A stretch of 64,000 bases of DNA from Microbotryum violaceum (GCA_001244265.2 LN717261.1:1255591-1319590); one strand, 5' to 3'. Shown: positions 13,169 through 27,453, numbered from the stretch's first letter. Made by a program: numbers and translations. Notes: a model not told the origin generated them from the sequence alone.

Positions 13169-15220
13169 TTAGGCGCTGAGCTCCCTGAGGTCACTCAGCA
13201 CCGCTGCCCCTAAAACCCTTGTATACAACTCGTCGAAACCCAACCCCGAATCCGTCTTAACCTCCTCCAACTTGACAATATCATCTTCCTTCAGTGACCT
13301 CATGCAGTAAGGGATCATTTCGGTTGCCCAATCGACCGTACCGGAACTGTAAACGGTCGGGAGGAAATAGTCCGAGGTAAACTGTTCAGCCAGCAAGCTG
13401 ATCGCCTCAAGGCTGGTGATTGCTTGCGCCGACGCGGACTTCCAACGATCTGAGAGCCAAGTACCTGGTCAGACCGTGCAGCTGTCCAATTTGATGCGCA
13501 AGCGCCTTTGTCTCCTTCGTTCTTCTGCTCACTTGCAGCATTAGGACGGCCTTTACCTTTACGAGTCTACGAAGGGCAAGCGGTGATAATGTTAGCGGAT
13601 AGAGAATTTCAAATGAAGACATCTCAAACTGAAAAATGATAAGACTTTTGAGCATAGTAAACACGAACATACTTACGGCTATGACCTCGCTTTCGTCGAC
13701 AATCTCCGGCGGAATGAACAGCTTTGACGGAAAGGTGTGCTTGTCGGGGTGAATGTGCTGTCCAAGTTTAGAGTATCGTGTTTTCAGACGTTTTTGCGAG
13801 GCATTGCCGTCAATCGCGATTTGGGCGGTGTACTCCAATGGAGGCTCCTCTTGTATCTAAAATTTGAAGAGTCCGGCAAAGGAAAGGCACATGAGTGAGG
13901 TGGAAGCCTAGCACAGCATCTGGTCTCTCACTTTGTGCTGGCATGCAGGACACCTCATTTCAAACTGCCTGGTTGGAGGGATCGCGCTTTCGATGTAAGC
14001 CACGAAAAGTCGGAAGGCAGCCAATGCATCCGAGAACCGTTTTGACAGGTGAGCTGACATGCGCGTCTGCATAAAATGACAGCCGTGGCGCGCGTGTCAG
14101 CGCCTTCGATAGTGTACATGTTGTAAACCCCACGCAAAGTGATGGTGCTCACCCGATGATTTGCCTCCAGCAGATTTGCTCCAGCATACGGCGTCGCTTT
14201 CGCGACGTAGTGGTAAGCCATGTGGATCTTGATAAACGGAATGAAGAAAGCATATCGTGGTGCGACTGGCGTTGCAGGCATGTAGCCAGCTGCCAGGAGA
14301 TCGGAGATTGCGCCTTTGTTGCTTGGAACAAATGAAACCTTCTTGTGTGCTGTCAGGCTCGTCATGACAGCAGCGTCAATGAGCAAAATATGCCAGCATA
14401 CAGCTGTTCGAGGTACTCATCAATGCGCGAACTCACCAGAGAAGTCGATCAAAATGGCTTCCATAGCCTTGTTCGAGCCCAAAGGCACGCTTTGCAGCGA
14501 AACGTATTCTCGATCATCCTCTATGGCTTTCAGGAAGTTTCCACCAGCTTGCGCACCACACATTTTCAATTCGCGATCGCCAGCCAGGTATTCAGGGCAT
14601 AACTTCGGACTGCCCGACGAGGAGGCACTCGCTTCCGGGGAAGGGGGTGTCCAGTCGAGAAGGATCTGCACCAGGGAAAGATGTTGAATCCCATGACATC
14701 TCAGCAAAAGCTCCTAAGAGCGAGTAGGAATCCGATAGCACTCAATCGTACAAGTCTAGTTGCTGATGGCTCGTGTCTAGAGTTGGTTGGACGGATGATG
14801 CGGATGTGAGCGCGAGGCCTGAGAATCGTATGGAAGTGTAAGAGTAACCCTTAATAAGGCCACTTACAGTCAGAGGGGCCCGGAGAGCTCCCGGGTCCGT
14901 TCTCACCCCCATAATCACGTTGGTCAATATGGTTGTAGTCATTGTAATCGTCGTGATCGTTATCGGGGTAAGAGCCCGAGGCCGCGCCAGCCAAGGGGTC
15001 CGGGGTGGTCTCGCGAGGGCCCACACCGGCAGCCCTGCGTCTGGCTGCGGCCTGTTCCTGATCGCCCTGCTGCATCAAACGTCTTGTCGTGGAAGCACTA
15101 AAGCTGTATCGGAGGTCGGTATGCGTCGTTTTGACGGCAGGGCGCCATAGTCGCGGGTTGTCAGGATCGTGTATGCGGATCGCAGTCTTGTAGCGTTTGG
15201 GGCTCTTGATGTGCAGCATG
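13169..15220 (-). pseudogene. Kyakuja-Dileera-Zisupton (KDZ) transposase-like gene, spliced and C-terminally incomplete
   Basis: CxC-domain-like signature LLAAGYMPATPVAPRYAFFIPF, followed by a KDZ-like IAIDGNASQKRLK motif; the reading is split over several minus-strand ORFs. Confidence 0.65.
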
Positions 15221-16552
15221 ACATGCAGCCGGATCTGGTAACACCGTAAGGATACAACTGGGGGTGGAACAAATGTTGCTGATGTGCTTGTGAAGGATGC
15301 GTAGGGTGGACGGAGACAAGGCAGGAAGCAGGGTGCGCACCTCACCTTTAGTTCTGAAGCCGGCTCAAGTAGCCGCCAGTCTCCTTTTTTTTTTTTCGAG
15401 TCCTCGGCTGTCGGTCTCCACCCTTAAGGACGTATTAGGACGGATTAGTAGCAAGGGTTGCTTCAATCTAATCCTTTGAAGTGCGCATCGCACTGCTCTA
15501 CAGCGCTCGTAAATTCCCTTGAAGTGAGACATAATCTCTTTGAAATATGCAAAAAAATGCTGTGTTCAACATAACTTCTTGCAAGTGCTACAACAGCCTG
15601 CAGGATAGGCGGGTGCCACGCTTTTTATTTTTATTTTTGGGCATATTTAGCTGTTAGTTTAGGTTAGGTACAGGTGCCTTGCCTACGTGCCGCAAAGATT
15701 GCTCCACGATCTTCAACTTGTCCCTCAAAGCATCGAGCGGCCTAGCAAGGGATTCAAACTCGAGAGGCTTGTCTGTCGACCATGAAAGCTGTTTAAGCTG
15801 AATCCGGGTGCATTGGCTGGTTTGTCAAAGCTGGAGGCAAAAAGCTCAGACACCCTCACGTCCAAGAAGGGTGCCATTCGCTCAAAATCATCGTCAAAGA
15901 GATCAATATCGGATCTCTACGTTTCGTCGAAGCAAGCCGTGCCGAGAATGTAGGATATTGGCGATGCTGGCACAGACGACGTCGACGCGACGCGGCGGGG
16001 AAGGCAGGAGACGCGCGCACTCGAACGCCTCGTTCAACCAGCCAAGAGATTATAATTTATGAAAACGGAAGGTTAAAAGCAAGTCGATCAAAATAATCGT
16101 AGATTTGTAAGAATAAATGTTGGAAGTGCAAAATATCCATCAATTAGAGCCGTTGTTGTGAATTCGGTACAGCCCGGAATGTTTCGCGCGCGCTCCCGCG
16201 GCTCTTGAGGGTCGGCAAACTTTGGCTTTCCAAGCCGAACGTGGCCGAAATGGGTCCCGATTTGTCCACAAACCTACGAGCCTGGGACCCCACCCACACC
16301 GGCGCACCATGATTTGTCCACCCCCGACTACACGCCTTGGCGATTTTGGCCCATCTGAGGCCCAAAATTTGTCCAGTCGGGCGCTACGCGCCTCAGGCCG
16401 GGCTTTCGGGGGTCCTTCCTGCTTCAACCTGGCACCTGCTCGCCCGACCTAAGTTCGCACGTAGCATAGACTTGCCTCCCCGCCCCCCCTTCCCTCCCGT
16501 CAACTTCACCTGCGTGCGCGTACAGGATAGATCCCAGAGGATAGGCTTCGCT

Positions 16553-19500
16553 ATGAGCTGTGATTACGTACAAGACCCGTCTGGGCTGAGGCGACGAGCG
16601 CCTGGCGGTACGACCGACGTTGCGCCCACGGCCACCACGACCACGACCACGACCACGCCAAAAACTGTACAGCCATCGCAAGCCGTGAACCCAACCCAGT
16701 CGTCGGACTCGGATAAGTCGCACGCTCCACTAGGCAAAACCCCGGATGGCAAAGGTCAGTCAGTGATGCGAGCGAAGTACTGCGCGCTCAGCTCGTTGCG
16801 GGTCAGCCCAACGGTGTCGTGCATCTATCACATGTTACGCATCTCGCATGGCGTCGCGTAGGGCGTCGCGTATGGAGACGACCGGTCGGCTCGGGTCACG
16901 CCGGTCGTGATGTGGCAGCAGCCGCACACCACAAATCAGCGCTGACCCTACCCACGATCTGTGCTCACGGCTTCGTCGATCGGCAACGGCCACCAGTGTT
17001 CCGTATTCCTCAGACACACGATATGCTGTCGTCCTTGTTCGACCCCAGGCTGCCCAAATCAGTTGAGTTGAGGATCTAAACTCCAAGCGCGCCTCCGTCT
17101 TGCAATTGACGAAACATGCACTAACCGATTGTGACGTCGACATGTGTCACATGCACCGTCATCGCTTTGCCGGATTATCCCACTATTGCTCTATCGCGCC
17201 CGTCTTCTCCGTCCTCTCGTCTCATCTTGCTCGCTTGCAGCACATCGACCTGCTCACCTTGTTTCTACTCGCCGCACAAGTGGTGCTATTCTTGTCGCTT
17301 CCGCTCGCAAGATCGCGCTATTTCTTTCTTGGCTATTTCGCATTGTGGAGGCTCGCGTACGACTGCGGGCTGGGCGTCGTACTCAAGCGGCAGAGCGAAC
17401 ACAGGTGGATCGTGCGCACAGTGCTCAGACGAGGTTGGATGGATCTATCTCGTAGACCGCGCGTGCATCGGTGGGTCACCAGCGAGCTCAAGGCCAAGAT
17501 GGGCGCGGATTATGCTTTCGACGTGAGTCGCGCTTCGGAATGTCGCCGTCGTCCATCTGTGCCCATCACGGCGTATGCTTCTTCTGACGGCACTCCGATG
17601 CTTGATGCTTTGGAGCTGTCTTGCTCACGTTTGGTGTGCTCCCTCTTCTCTGCCTACGCCACGCACTAGGCGGTACCGATCGAGTTCAACGTGAGTGCCA
17701 TGTACTGACTTCGAGCGCTTCCGCCAGTGATCATAGCCGGTACTCATCTCGCCACGTCATGATTTGCAGGTCTGGATCATGTTCCGACACTTTGTCGACG
17801 TTATCCTCCTCAACGACTTCCTATCGTATTTCTTTTTCGCCCTGTCATTCCTGCAAACCCCGCCCGGTCATTCGACCGCCTTCCATGTGTTGCGTTGGAT
17901 CGGCGGCGTGACGCTCATCTTGTTCAACCTTTGGGTCAAAGTCGATGCGCATCGGATTGTCAAGGATTATGCGTAAGTCGCATCCGATGCGACGTCCTTA
18001 TCGAGTTCGGATCTCTGACTGCAGCACTGCACGACGCAGCTGGTACTGGGGCGACGCCTTTTTCTTGAGCCTGCAAGAATTGGTCTTTGATGGTGTATTC
18101 GAAGTAAGTCTCTGCCTGTGCCCCCGGAACTCCGTGCTCGGCCTGGATTGTCTAAGACCGCTGGCTTGACCATGTACTTACCCCACAGTTCGCTCCGCAC
18201 CCGATGTACTCGGTGGGCTATGCGGGTTACTATGGCTTGTCGCTACTGGTGGCCTCGCAAACAGTCTTGGTTGTTTCGATACTGGCGCACGCCTGTCAAT
18301 TCGGGTTTCTGGTGTACTTTGAGAATCCTCGTGAGCTTTCAACTTGCGCAGCAAAAATATAGACGCAAGCTCGGTCGGTGCCCGTCTAACGAACGAGCTT
18401 GCGCATGCACAGACATTGAGCGAACATATGGTCAGCGCAAACCTTTGGCCGCCCGAACAGCTCAAGCGCCGATCTCTGGGCCAGCAGTATCGTTATTACG
18501 AGCTGTGTCACCACATGTAGCTGATGGCCCAATCACGGAGTCGTCCACACCAGACTTGACGGACCACGCGTCCACAGGGTCGGAGTCGGAGTTCGAAGCA
18601 GCCCCCGCTTTCTCGGCATCCCGGGCGGGCCACTCGCCAAACCAGCCGGGTCAGCCACCCGAGGCGAGTAGCTCGCCCCAATATGGCGGATCTCTAGATC
18701 CGACGCGGGAGCCGACTGTTCGACGTCGCAGGGTGGTTGCGACACGCCACGATCTCGATAATCACTACTTCCGCAACGACCTCCTCATCTTCAAGAACCT
18801 CGACGTTTTCCGGTAAGCGACTTTGATCCTGTGAATCCAACTGGGCTTGGTATCAGCGCCCTTACGTCGCCTTCTTGCAACAGCAATCGTGATTTGGCCT
18901 TCCTCCTGGTCGTCTTCTATGGCGCGGTTGTAGTCTTCATGCCACCGCTTTGCCCTCAAGCGCAAATTTCCCTCGCTTGCATGCATACACTCGCATGGCG
19001 CTGCTTCCATTCGTTTGGGCTCGGGTCCGCGCTGAAGGCGCAAAGCGAGCGCAAATGGATTGTCCGTCACTTCCTGAAGCACTATCATTACGAAGTCGAA
19101 GGAGAGGTGCGTCGGCGTATTTGATCGAGTTGGCTGGTGGCTCCTACAGGCCTGGATTGCAAGATTGATTGTGCTCGCATCGATTTGTGCCCAGGCTGTC
19201 GACGACGCATTCAAGAATTGGAAGGCCACGTACAACATGAGTTTGTGCATGTCTTATGGTAGGCTTATCGCGGTGCATCGTTATCCTCGATATCAAGCTC
19301 ATTCCTTAACTCGAACGCTCTGTCAGCCTCGTTCGGTGCATTGGCGTGGCAATGTTACAGTCTTCCAGTAGACTGGACCGTTGGGGCTCAGCTCGTTCGA
19401 CACGTGCTTGGTATCGTGAGTCTAATCTGACGCACGTCCTCTGCCAGGTCGAGACGAGCTGACCGGCGAGCAGCTGAAATGCGTGGCGGTTGCTTCAGTC

Positions 19501-21397
19501 ACTAGTTGCCTTGCACCTTTGGACAACTCAGTCCACGTTGGAGGTTTTGGGTCCTTTCGGGTGGTTCTACGGTCAGTTGTGGCTCTGAGAGGGGTGCAAG
19601 GCAGCGGCTCCGCACCAATTTCTGCCCCAGCCAGTATTCGGAGCCTCTGACCAGTCCCCTGAAACATCCTCGGTTCGAGCAATAGGGGATTTCTTTATAC
19701 AGGACTACCCTCATGAGCTGTACTATACTGGCATATTCCGATTCCTCAACAACCCAGAGCGGTCAATGGGCGGTGCAGCTTTTTTCGGCATGGTGCTCAT
19801 TTCAGGCAGCAAGCTCCTGCTGTCCCAGGCCGTGATCGCCGTTGCTGCGCATTGGTGGTTCCTTAGTGTTGTGGAAAAGTATGTGGCTCTTCGGCGGTAT
19901 TTGGCCCCGTCCGCGCAGCTGACTACGATGACTTGCTACGTGCCGCTGCTGGACATTCTAGCCCGCACATGCGCAGATTGTACGGCAACACGCTTCGGCA
20001 GGACGCAGGAGTGACCAAAACCATTAGGGGTGTGGCCGCTCGTAACGCGCATCTATTTGGTGGCGTCAGTCAAAGCGTGAGGGAGGTCCAAGGTTCTTTC
20101 GAGAAGGTACTCGACGAGACCGCCGACGTTCTAGAAGACTTCCTGAACCGCTGTAAGTTGTACAAATGTTAGTCCTCTCGATCTTCATCAACTTCTCGCG
20201 CTGATCTGTCCGACTGTGGCCCCTTGTCAATGCATTTTACCCTCCACAGCTGGTCCAATTGTCAAAGGTTACGTCAATGAAACGAAAGTGCTGCTCAAGC
20301 AGACGAGTGAACGCCTGGTGATCAGGTGCGAGTACATTTCAGCGGCCTCAAATATGTATAGGGATCTCAGCTTACCCCTCATTTGTGCAGCCGTGTCGCC
20401 CACGATCTTGATGAGTACGATGCGTCAAAGTACGGCCTTAAGTTGAGCGCGCCCCAATCCAGATCGCTCCGACCGTCCGGTGGCACAAGAGGCGATATTA
20501 TGAGCTTTCATCTCGGCCAGGTTATCAGGGTCCAATGGCAGGCACCGCTCAACCACTCGAGGAAAGATTGGATCGGCATCTATTGCCAAGGCGCGAACCA
20601 GAGCCAGCTTGTGACGCGCATATCGAGCCACGGTCGGTGGCTGGGTGTGCACGAGCATGAGTGGCGGGGAGACAAATATGAAGGCACGAATGGGCCAGGT
20701 ACCGAGGACTCAAAGGATTTGAAGCACGAGGTGGCGAGTGGCTCTGTGACGTTCTCTGGCGCGCGGCTTCCATGGTCAACAGGATCGTACGAGATCCGGT
20801 CAGTCTCTGCTCAGATATCGCGGCCGTGGGAAGATACCCAGACACTGACACGACTTTAGCTGTCTCAGATACCATCATGATGGCAAGCACAGTGTCATGG
20901 CCCGAGCCGAGCCGGTACATATTTACGGTTCGTACAACAGCTCTAGCATCGCACATTTACGCCATCCTCGTTGACTCAACTTCTGACCACTAATAGTCGA
21001 GGAGCCCAACGATGCCAACGATCCGCAAGAAATCTACAAGACACTGACTGTCATTGTTGCACATGCTCTCGCCTCCGACCCCGCAGCGAGGCCCAAGTCA
21101 GCTTCGCGCCTGCTCGAATTCGACGATAACCCTTTCCAAAACAACACAGCTTCTTCAGAACCGTTTCGGGGGCCCAATGACAACAGCAGGCCTGAGTTGG
21201 TCTTCTCGGACAAGGACGACTTTGCGATCTACTCAGTCGCCGACGCAAAGCACATTGCCTACGCTATCAGAGAGGCGTTCGAAGTGGAGCTCACGAGCGA
21301 GGTCATTATGGCAGCAGCGAACGTCATGAGACTCGCCAATCGCATTGTCGAAGCTCGAAAGGTGCTACTGGCTACGAAAGCCGATGATTGCCGGTGA
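16553..21397 (+). CDS. CHO2: Phosphatidylethanolamine N-methyltransferase (two PEMT repeats), multi-exon host gene
   Basis: [125 protein letters not shown] and a C-terminal [11 protein letters not shown]. Many GT-AG introns (e.g. 16755-16996, 17523-17669, 17691-17769). Not every junction was checked. Confidence 0.92.
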
Positions 21398-22120
21398 AGT
21401 CTTGTGACGGTTCCGGGATCCCAGTCTGGTTATCTCATAATGACAAATGTCTGAAGATCATAGAGAAAATCTCGGCATCCTGCATGACCCCTGAGGAAGC
21501 TCATTCCTTGCGCGAGGACAATGGGGACAATGGTGCAACACAACGCTATGCAATGCAAATAAATCTGCTGATTAATGTACAAGACGGCCACCTGACCGGA
21601 AAGCTCGGTGGACCGGGTTTGGCGGGACGGCGGTGACTTGGACCCGAGGCCGTCAGCAGAAGGTCGGCCTGCAAAAGCCTTCAGAAGATGCTTCCTTGGC
21701 TGCCTTGAATTATATATTCGAGTGCGTGGCGATGAGACATTGTTGGCAAAGCCCCTTGATGGGGCGGCGGAGCTAGCCTCGCGGCTTGAGGATGACGTAT
21801 CGCTGCAGTCGCTGCACGAGCCGCTCTGGATCAGACCTTTGTTCGGCTCAGTACAGGATCGCGTCCCTCTTCGTCGATGAGAGAGATTGTATGATGATGG
21901 TGATGATGATGAGCGCTCGTGATGGTTTCGGTCATCGCAGAAGGACGGCGTGGCAGGACCATGGTGGACATTCCCCTCCAATTTGAAGGCGGTTCCAAGG
22001 AGCAATCACCGCTAAGTCCCTTCCTGCTTTCTCCCTTCTCTTTGGGTACCATCTACGGTGACCGGAATCAGCTTGGGCAGCGGGTCGGACTGGGTTATTG
22101 TATGAGGCTCGCAAAGTGCA

Positions 22121-22268
22121 TATTGAAGAAAGTCTAGAATCTCGGCGTCTGATTTGAGGTGGTTCAATACGTTAGGACGCTCAGTTAACTATTGCAATGA
22201 TACCGTGAATACTACTGACCTGATTCGAGGTGGTTCAATACGTTAGAACGCTCGAATCAGAAGAAAGC
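22121..22268 (-). repeat. Distal half of the Copia C 3' LTR, split by the LINE, with a 34-bp repeat and a 71-nt intron-like segment (22219-22149)
   Basis: Joins 27454-27519 through the TSD AGAAAGC. Ends TTCAATA, an imperfect match to the TGTTGA start. Repeats at 22220-22253 and 22149-22182. Confidence 0.8.
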
Positions 22269-22344
22269 TATTTCCTCCCCCTCTTCGGGGTGACTTAAAA
22301 AATCACCGTGATTTGGCCGACTTGAAAAAGGAAACTCCTATTGG

Positions 22345-23773
22345 ATGGACAACAACAACAACACCAACAACGCCAGCCATGCAGCTATACCACCTCTTTG
22401 CCCTGACCCTCCCGATCCCCCTGGCCAAGCCCCCGCCACCACCACCAAATCATACTCCGCCACAGTCGGCGCCCGCTCCGCTGCGAAGCACGGAAACGCC
22501 ACCGCCAACGCCTCGACTGCCGTTGCCGCCCATCCACTGATGCACAACATCAAGAATTGTGTCATCATCAACACCCCACCCTCAACCTCGGTCGAGCAAG
22601 TCCTCCTTGCGCTTGACAAATACTACCCTGGCCTTACCGGCGCAATGCCATGCATCAAGGGTCAGCGCGGCCTCCGCTTTCCCAAGGCCGCCGATCTCGA
22701 CACCCTGGTGGCCAACGGCCTCACTGTTGGCAAGACTCTGTGCAAAGTCGAGAAGCTGTACAGCTCTACTAGAGGAGGTGTTGTACAATGCACCCTTACG
22801 GGCTTTTTCTCCGACCCTGAGGGCCTCTGCCTATTTGGTGGGCAGATCGCTGCCTATGGCACGGTCCTCCGTCGTCGCATCCAATACATTGGAAAGACGA
22901 AACACATCTCTGGGGTGTACGACTTTATCCTTGCCCTTAAGGATGTAGATGTTTTGCCCCCTGCCTCACTTTCTATTGCTCGTGACGGTGTCACTGAGCG
23001 AATCCCACTGAGGATCACCGGTGGCATGCGCCACTGCGTCTTCTGCCGTTCCGCGGCTCACGTCCGTAAGGATTGCCCCGTTGCCCCGGCGTGCAAGTCC
23101 TGCGCGAGCACCTCGCACGCCACCCAGCACTGCCCGGCCCGTCATGCGTCGAGCCCCCAGGGACCCCCCACGTCACGTGCCCCGCAAGCCTCCACCGTTA
23201 CCACCGCCGCCCCCGCCGCCGTGTCCAAGTCGATCTCCCCGGCCTCCGCCCACGACCGCACAACCAAAAAACGTTGAGTGGAACAGGATCTGGCTGCCCA
23301 GACTGAAGATCTGTCCAGCAGAGCTCAGCCCAATTCTCTGTTGAAGAATGCCCGCCCCGAGTTCTCCTTCAATTTCCCTTGCAAAACTGCCACTCCTCCT
23401 GCCCCCCAGCCTGCCTCCAATCAGGGAATTGCCTACTCCCTCGTTGAAAAATCCTCCGAGTCCCCCAGCTCAGAGACCACCTCTCCATCCCAAGCCCTCC
23501 TCCGGCCACGCCAAAGTCGATCATAACTCGATCCAAGTCGATTGCCACCCTCTCCAAGCCAGCCACTCGTGAAGCCCCTCCCACTGCGCCTGCCCTCGAA
23601 GCCTCCGAGCCGAGCCCCGAGCCGTCTTCGCCCACGCCGTTGCCCTCAGCCGCGCCCAAAGCCCGACCCAATGACGCCAACACCGACGACGAGGCCGACG
23701 AAGAAGCCGAAGACCAAGAAGCACCTCCTAAGGACGTGGAAAACGCTATGGACCAAGATGATGAGCACAATTA
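22345..23773 (+). pseudogene. LINE ORF1 (gag-like, two CCHC knuckles), premature stop at 23275-23277
   Basis: CVFCRSAAHVRKDC and CKSCASTSHATQHC, followed by a Pro/Ser-rich and acidic tail beyond the stops. Confidence 0.85.
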
Positions 23774-26700
23774 AAATCCCAAACACGTCTTTTGTTGCTG
23801 CCAACGTGCAGTCAATCAATGAAGACCGTAAGCGTGCCTCTCTTTTCTCCAATCTCCGCTCCCATAACGCCGACGTCTTTCTCCTGAGCAAAACTGGCCG
23901 ACCTTCCCCCGAAAGGGTGGCCCAGTGGACTCAGGAGTGCCAAGACTTAAAGCTCTCCGCTCTTTTCACTCCTTTCAACAACACTGCCATACTTTGGAAG
24001 AGCGACTCCGTGGTCATTACTTTTGATCCTGAGTCGCCTCCAAACACTCTTCGTGCCTCTTTCTCTTTCCCGGACCGAGTCACCGACGCCACCTTTTGTG
24101 TGGGTGATTCAAAAGTCCGGGTTGTATCAATATACGCGCCTTCCTCCAACAAGCCAGACAAAAAATGCTTCCTCTCACACCTCAGCACCGCCCTCCGACA
24201 AGTTGTACGTGACGAACCCTCGCCGCCTGCGCTCCTAGTCAGGGGGGACTGGAATTGTGTTGAGTCCCAGCCCCTCAATTCGGAGAACCAAAACGGAACG
24301 AATTATGGGGGTCAGGAGATGCGCGACCTTGCCACGGCCAACAATCTTTTCGACGCCTATTGGCTCCATCATCCCAAAGGACGAGCCACGACGAATCGCT
24401 CAGCGCCCGGCACGTGCCGTCGCCTTGATCGCATCTATGTCTCACCTGATTGGGTCGACCTCTTCCATGATCACAAGATTTGGGCTGCTGTCCTCAAATC
24501 GACGCACTCAATGGTTGTGGCACGGTTCCAAGTGCCGGGCGCAATCGACATCGGTCCGGGCAAATTCAAGCTGGGTTTGCACCTTTACAACAAAGCCCTC
24601 CTCCAGACGCCCAACGATCCACCAGCAGCTTGGACATCCACCAAACACCGCCTGCTGCCCGAGCTGCAGGCTCTGGCCCGGACTTTCGCTCGGTTCCGTC
24701 GTGGCGGGTCGGAGCAAGAGAGGGCTGACCACTCGCGCTACGGCGCGGCCCTGCGGTCCCGCCTCGACCCATCTCTGGCGGGTCCCTCTTCCATCTTCAT
24801 CTGCCTGCGCAAAGTGTGAGCATCCGACCTGATCCCTTTGCTCATGGTCAACGATGTTGTTCATTCCGACCCTGATTCGATGCTTGAGCGGCCAGCGACT
24901 ACTTCGAGCGGGTCTATGAGGACCGCCCCATCAATGACGCGGCCCTGAAGGCGATCATCCACGGCCTCGCTTCAACTCGCCTCTCCCCCGCGGACTCACT
25001 CAAGCTCGAGGAAGCGTACCCGTTGGAGGATATGACAAAGGCTCAAGCGGCGTGTAAGTCGAACTCTTCGCCAGGGCCTGACGGCCTCCCGGTTGAGTTT
25101 TATTGCGCTACGTGGCCGACCACTGGCCCGATTCTTCGAGACATCATCAACTCGATCCCCACCAAGGCCCGTCAGCCTGGACCTCTTCCCCGCAACACCG
25201 CCCACATCCATCTCATCCACAAACGCGGCGAGAGGGATCAGCTTTCGAACAAACGCCCCATGTCGCTCATCAATGCGGACGAGCGCATCATCTCGCAAGC
25301 CCACAACCAGCGCCTCGCTCCCTTGCTCGAGTCCCTGATCGGCCCAACCCAACGTGGCTTTGTTCCGAACTGTTGGATCGGCACAAACATCACTGGGGTC
25401 CAATGTCTCATGGACCCTGGACTTCCGGGCTCAACACCCGTGTCTGGCATGCTAGCGGTGATGGACTTTGAAAAGGCTTACAATCGTCTTTCCCACCCGT
25501 ACCTTGATGCAGTCCTCTGCGCCGTTGGCCTTGACCCCAAAGCCCGCCAATGGTACCGAGCAACCTACACCAACCAATCTGCCTCGATCTTCCTCAACGG
25601 TTGGCTCTCTGCCACTTTCGACATCCTGTCGGGCATTCGGCAAGGTGATCCTTTGGCTCCGTCTCTTTGTCCTGGCGATCGAAGGTTTTGCCTGTCGGAT
25701 TTGATTGAGAGTCAAGGGCATCGATATTGCGGGCCTCCAAAACGTTCGCAAACTTCTTTTTGCCGACGACGCTTGCTGCGCACTCCACAACCTCTCGGAC
25801 CTCGACCACCTCAATTGGGCGATCGAGCTTTACGAACGGGCAAGTGCCAGCAAGCTCAGCAATGTCAAATCTTTCCTCTACCCCCTTGGAGCTTTTCGGG
25901 ATCGGTCGATCGCCCCAGATCTCGGGACCTGGCGTCTCAGCGATTCGCAGTTTCGTTACCTTGGTATTCAGGTCGGGGTGGAGATTGCCGAGGATGCGGG
26001 CTGGGAAGATGTCAAGGCCTCGACCATCACTCGGATACGCTCGATTCCGGTACGATCTCCCATATGCAGCCAAGTGTTCGATCATCAACATCTACTGCTA
26101 CACAAAGATCTTGTACTACAGCCGATTCCTTCCCGCCCCCAAGAGCGTTGTCAAGGAGATTGAGGAGGCCACCATGCTCGCCATTCACCGTCGAGCTTCG
26201 GATGGTACTCAGCGACGTCCGAAGGTCTCCCGGTCGCGCCTCTGCACCCCTCTTGATCACAGCGGCTTCGGTTTGATTGATCTGCCTCGGCGTCTAGCAA
26301 TCAATCACGCGAAGTGGGTCTTCCAGCTCCGGGCCCCGGACAGCTGCTTCACACACCACCTCTTCGACATCCGGATCCGCCTCCAGGCACCAAACAAACC
26401 AACCCCTTTCACCTTGTCCAGACCGGCCCCCAACCAGCATCGTTGCCCTTGGATTTGGATCTGGTGGGCTTACTTCTACCATCCTCCCCCAAAGTGGGAT
26501 CATGCGGTGAGAAAAACGACAAAACTTCTTCCTGCTCGTTGGGTCCGATACTTCGAAGCCTGGGCGTTGGTGACCACGCTCAATCCCCCGGGACTCTCCA
26601 AGAGCCAGAACCTCGAGCAATGGGCGACGCACGTACTCTATTTCCCAGCGGGCCACGGAATACAACTCTCGGTAAACCCGACGCTTTTTCGAGGGCCCGA

Positions 26701-27277
26701 TGGCGAGGTGATGACCCCGTCTTCGTTTGTGAACGCGTCCAAACGCCACCAAGTCTTCATCTTCGCCCCTATCTTCCCCAAGGGACACCAGAAGGTATTC
26801 GATCTGCCTGAGCAACGCTGGAACGCTTGGTAGAAGGCTTTGCGCAAGGTTTGCCGGGTTCACTCGGACGCCAAGGATACCGGCCACCTTCTCTCCCTGG
26901 GGTCCCTCCATCCGGGAAGCCAAGTCGCCTCACCAACCAGCCCACATCCCAACAATCGATCTACCTCCTGTGTGATGTGCCTCTCGGAAGCACCCGAGTG
27001 CCTGGTTCACCTTGCGGTCGGCTGCCCATTTGCCCGGCGCCTCTGGTCTGCTCTGTCCCTGACCCCCCACCCAGTCTTTGTGGACTTTGTATGCCCAGTC
27101 GTGTCTCGCTCGGAACGTCGACTTGTCGAACTACGAGTCCTCTTCTTTCACTCGATCTGGAAGCTCTGCCGCCATCGTCAATTCTTGTCGGATCTTTTGG
27201 AGCCGATCACCAAAACGGAGTTCGAGGGGCTTCGAGCCTCTATCCAGGAGTCCAAGGGTTGCCTAGTGTCTCTGTAA
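23758..27277 (+). pseudogene. LINE ORF2 (endonuclease, RT, C-terminal zinc finger) with stops and frameshifts
   Basis: Endonuclease motifs ANVQS, SIYAP, GDWN, RLDRIYV; RT motifs SPGPDG, RPMSLIN, QRGF, DFEKAY, GIRQGDPL, LFADD; CVMC...HLAVGC zinc finger. Confidence 0.9.
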
Positions 27278-27453
27278 GACACTAAAGGGGGTTTTAGTGG
27301 GTATGGTTGATCCTGGTTCAGGGTCAGTGAGTCCTACACTACTGGCTTCTGCCAGTGTGCGTAACAGCATTCCCTCCGACTTTTCCAAAGATTTCTAGGT
27401 ATTAATATAATTATGCTGTTAATGAAGTCTATCAAATAAAAAAATAAAAAAAG

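Larger units (their letters stand above)
22269..27453 (+). mobile_element. Near full-length degenerate non-LTR retrotransposon (LINE, APE endonuclease, L1/Tx1-like)
   Basis: ORF1, ORF2, A-rich tail at about 27434-27453, and candidate TSD AGAAAGC at 22262-22268 and 27454-27460. Confidence 0.92.

Noticed and set aside
21430-22052. Minus-strand low-complexity ORFs as a gene
   Set aside because: Ser/His-rich with no recognisable domain; may be a truncated gene end but is unsupported.
22149-22253. GGTTCAATAC repeats as a tRNA B-box, SINE or snoRNA
   Set aside because: No cloverleaf or proper C/D boxes; better explained as the X repeats of the split Copia C LTR.
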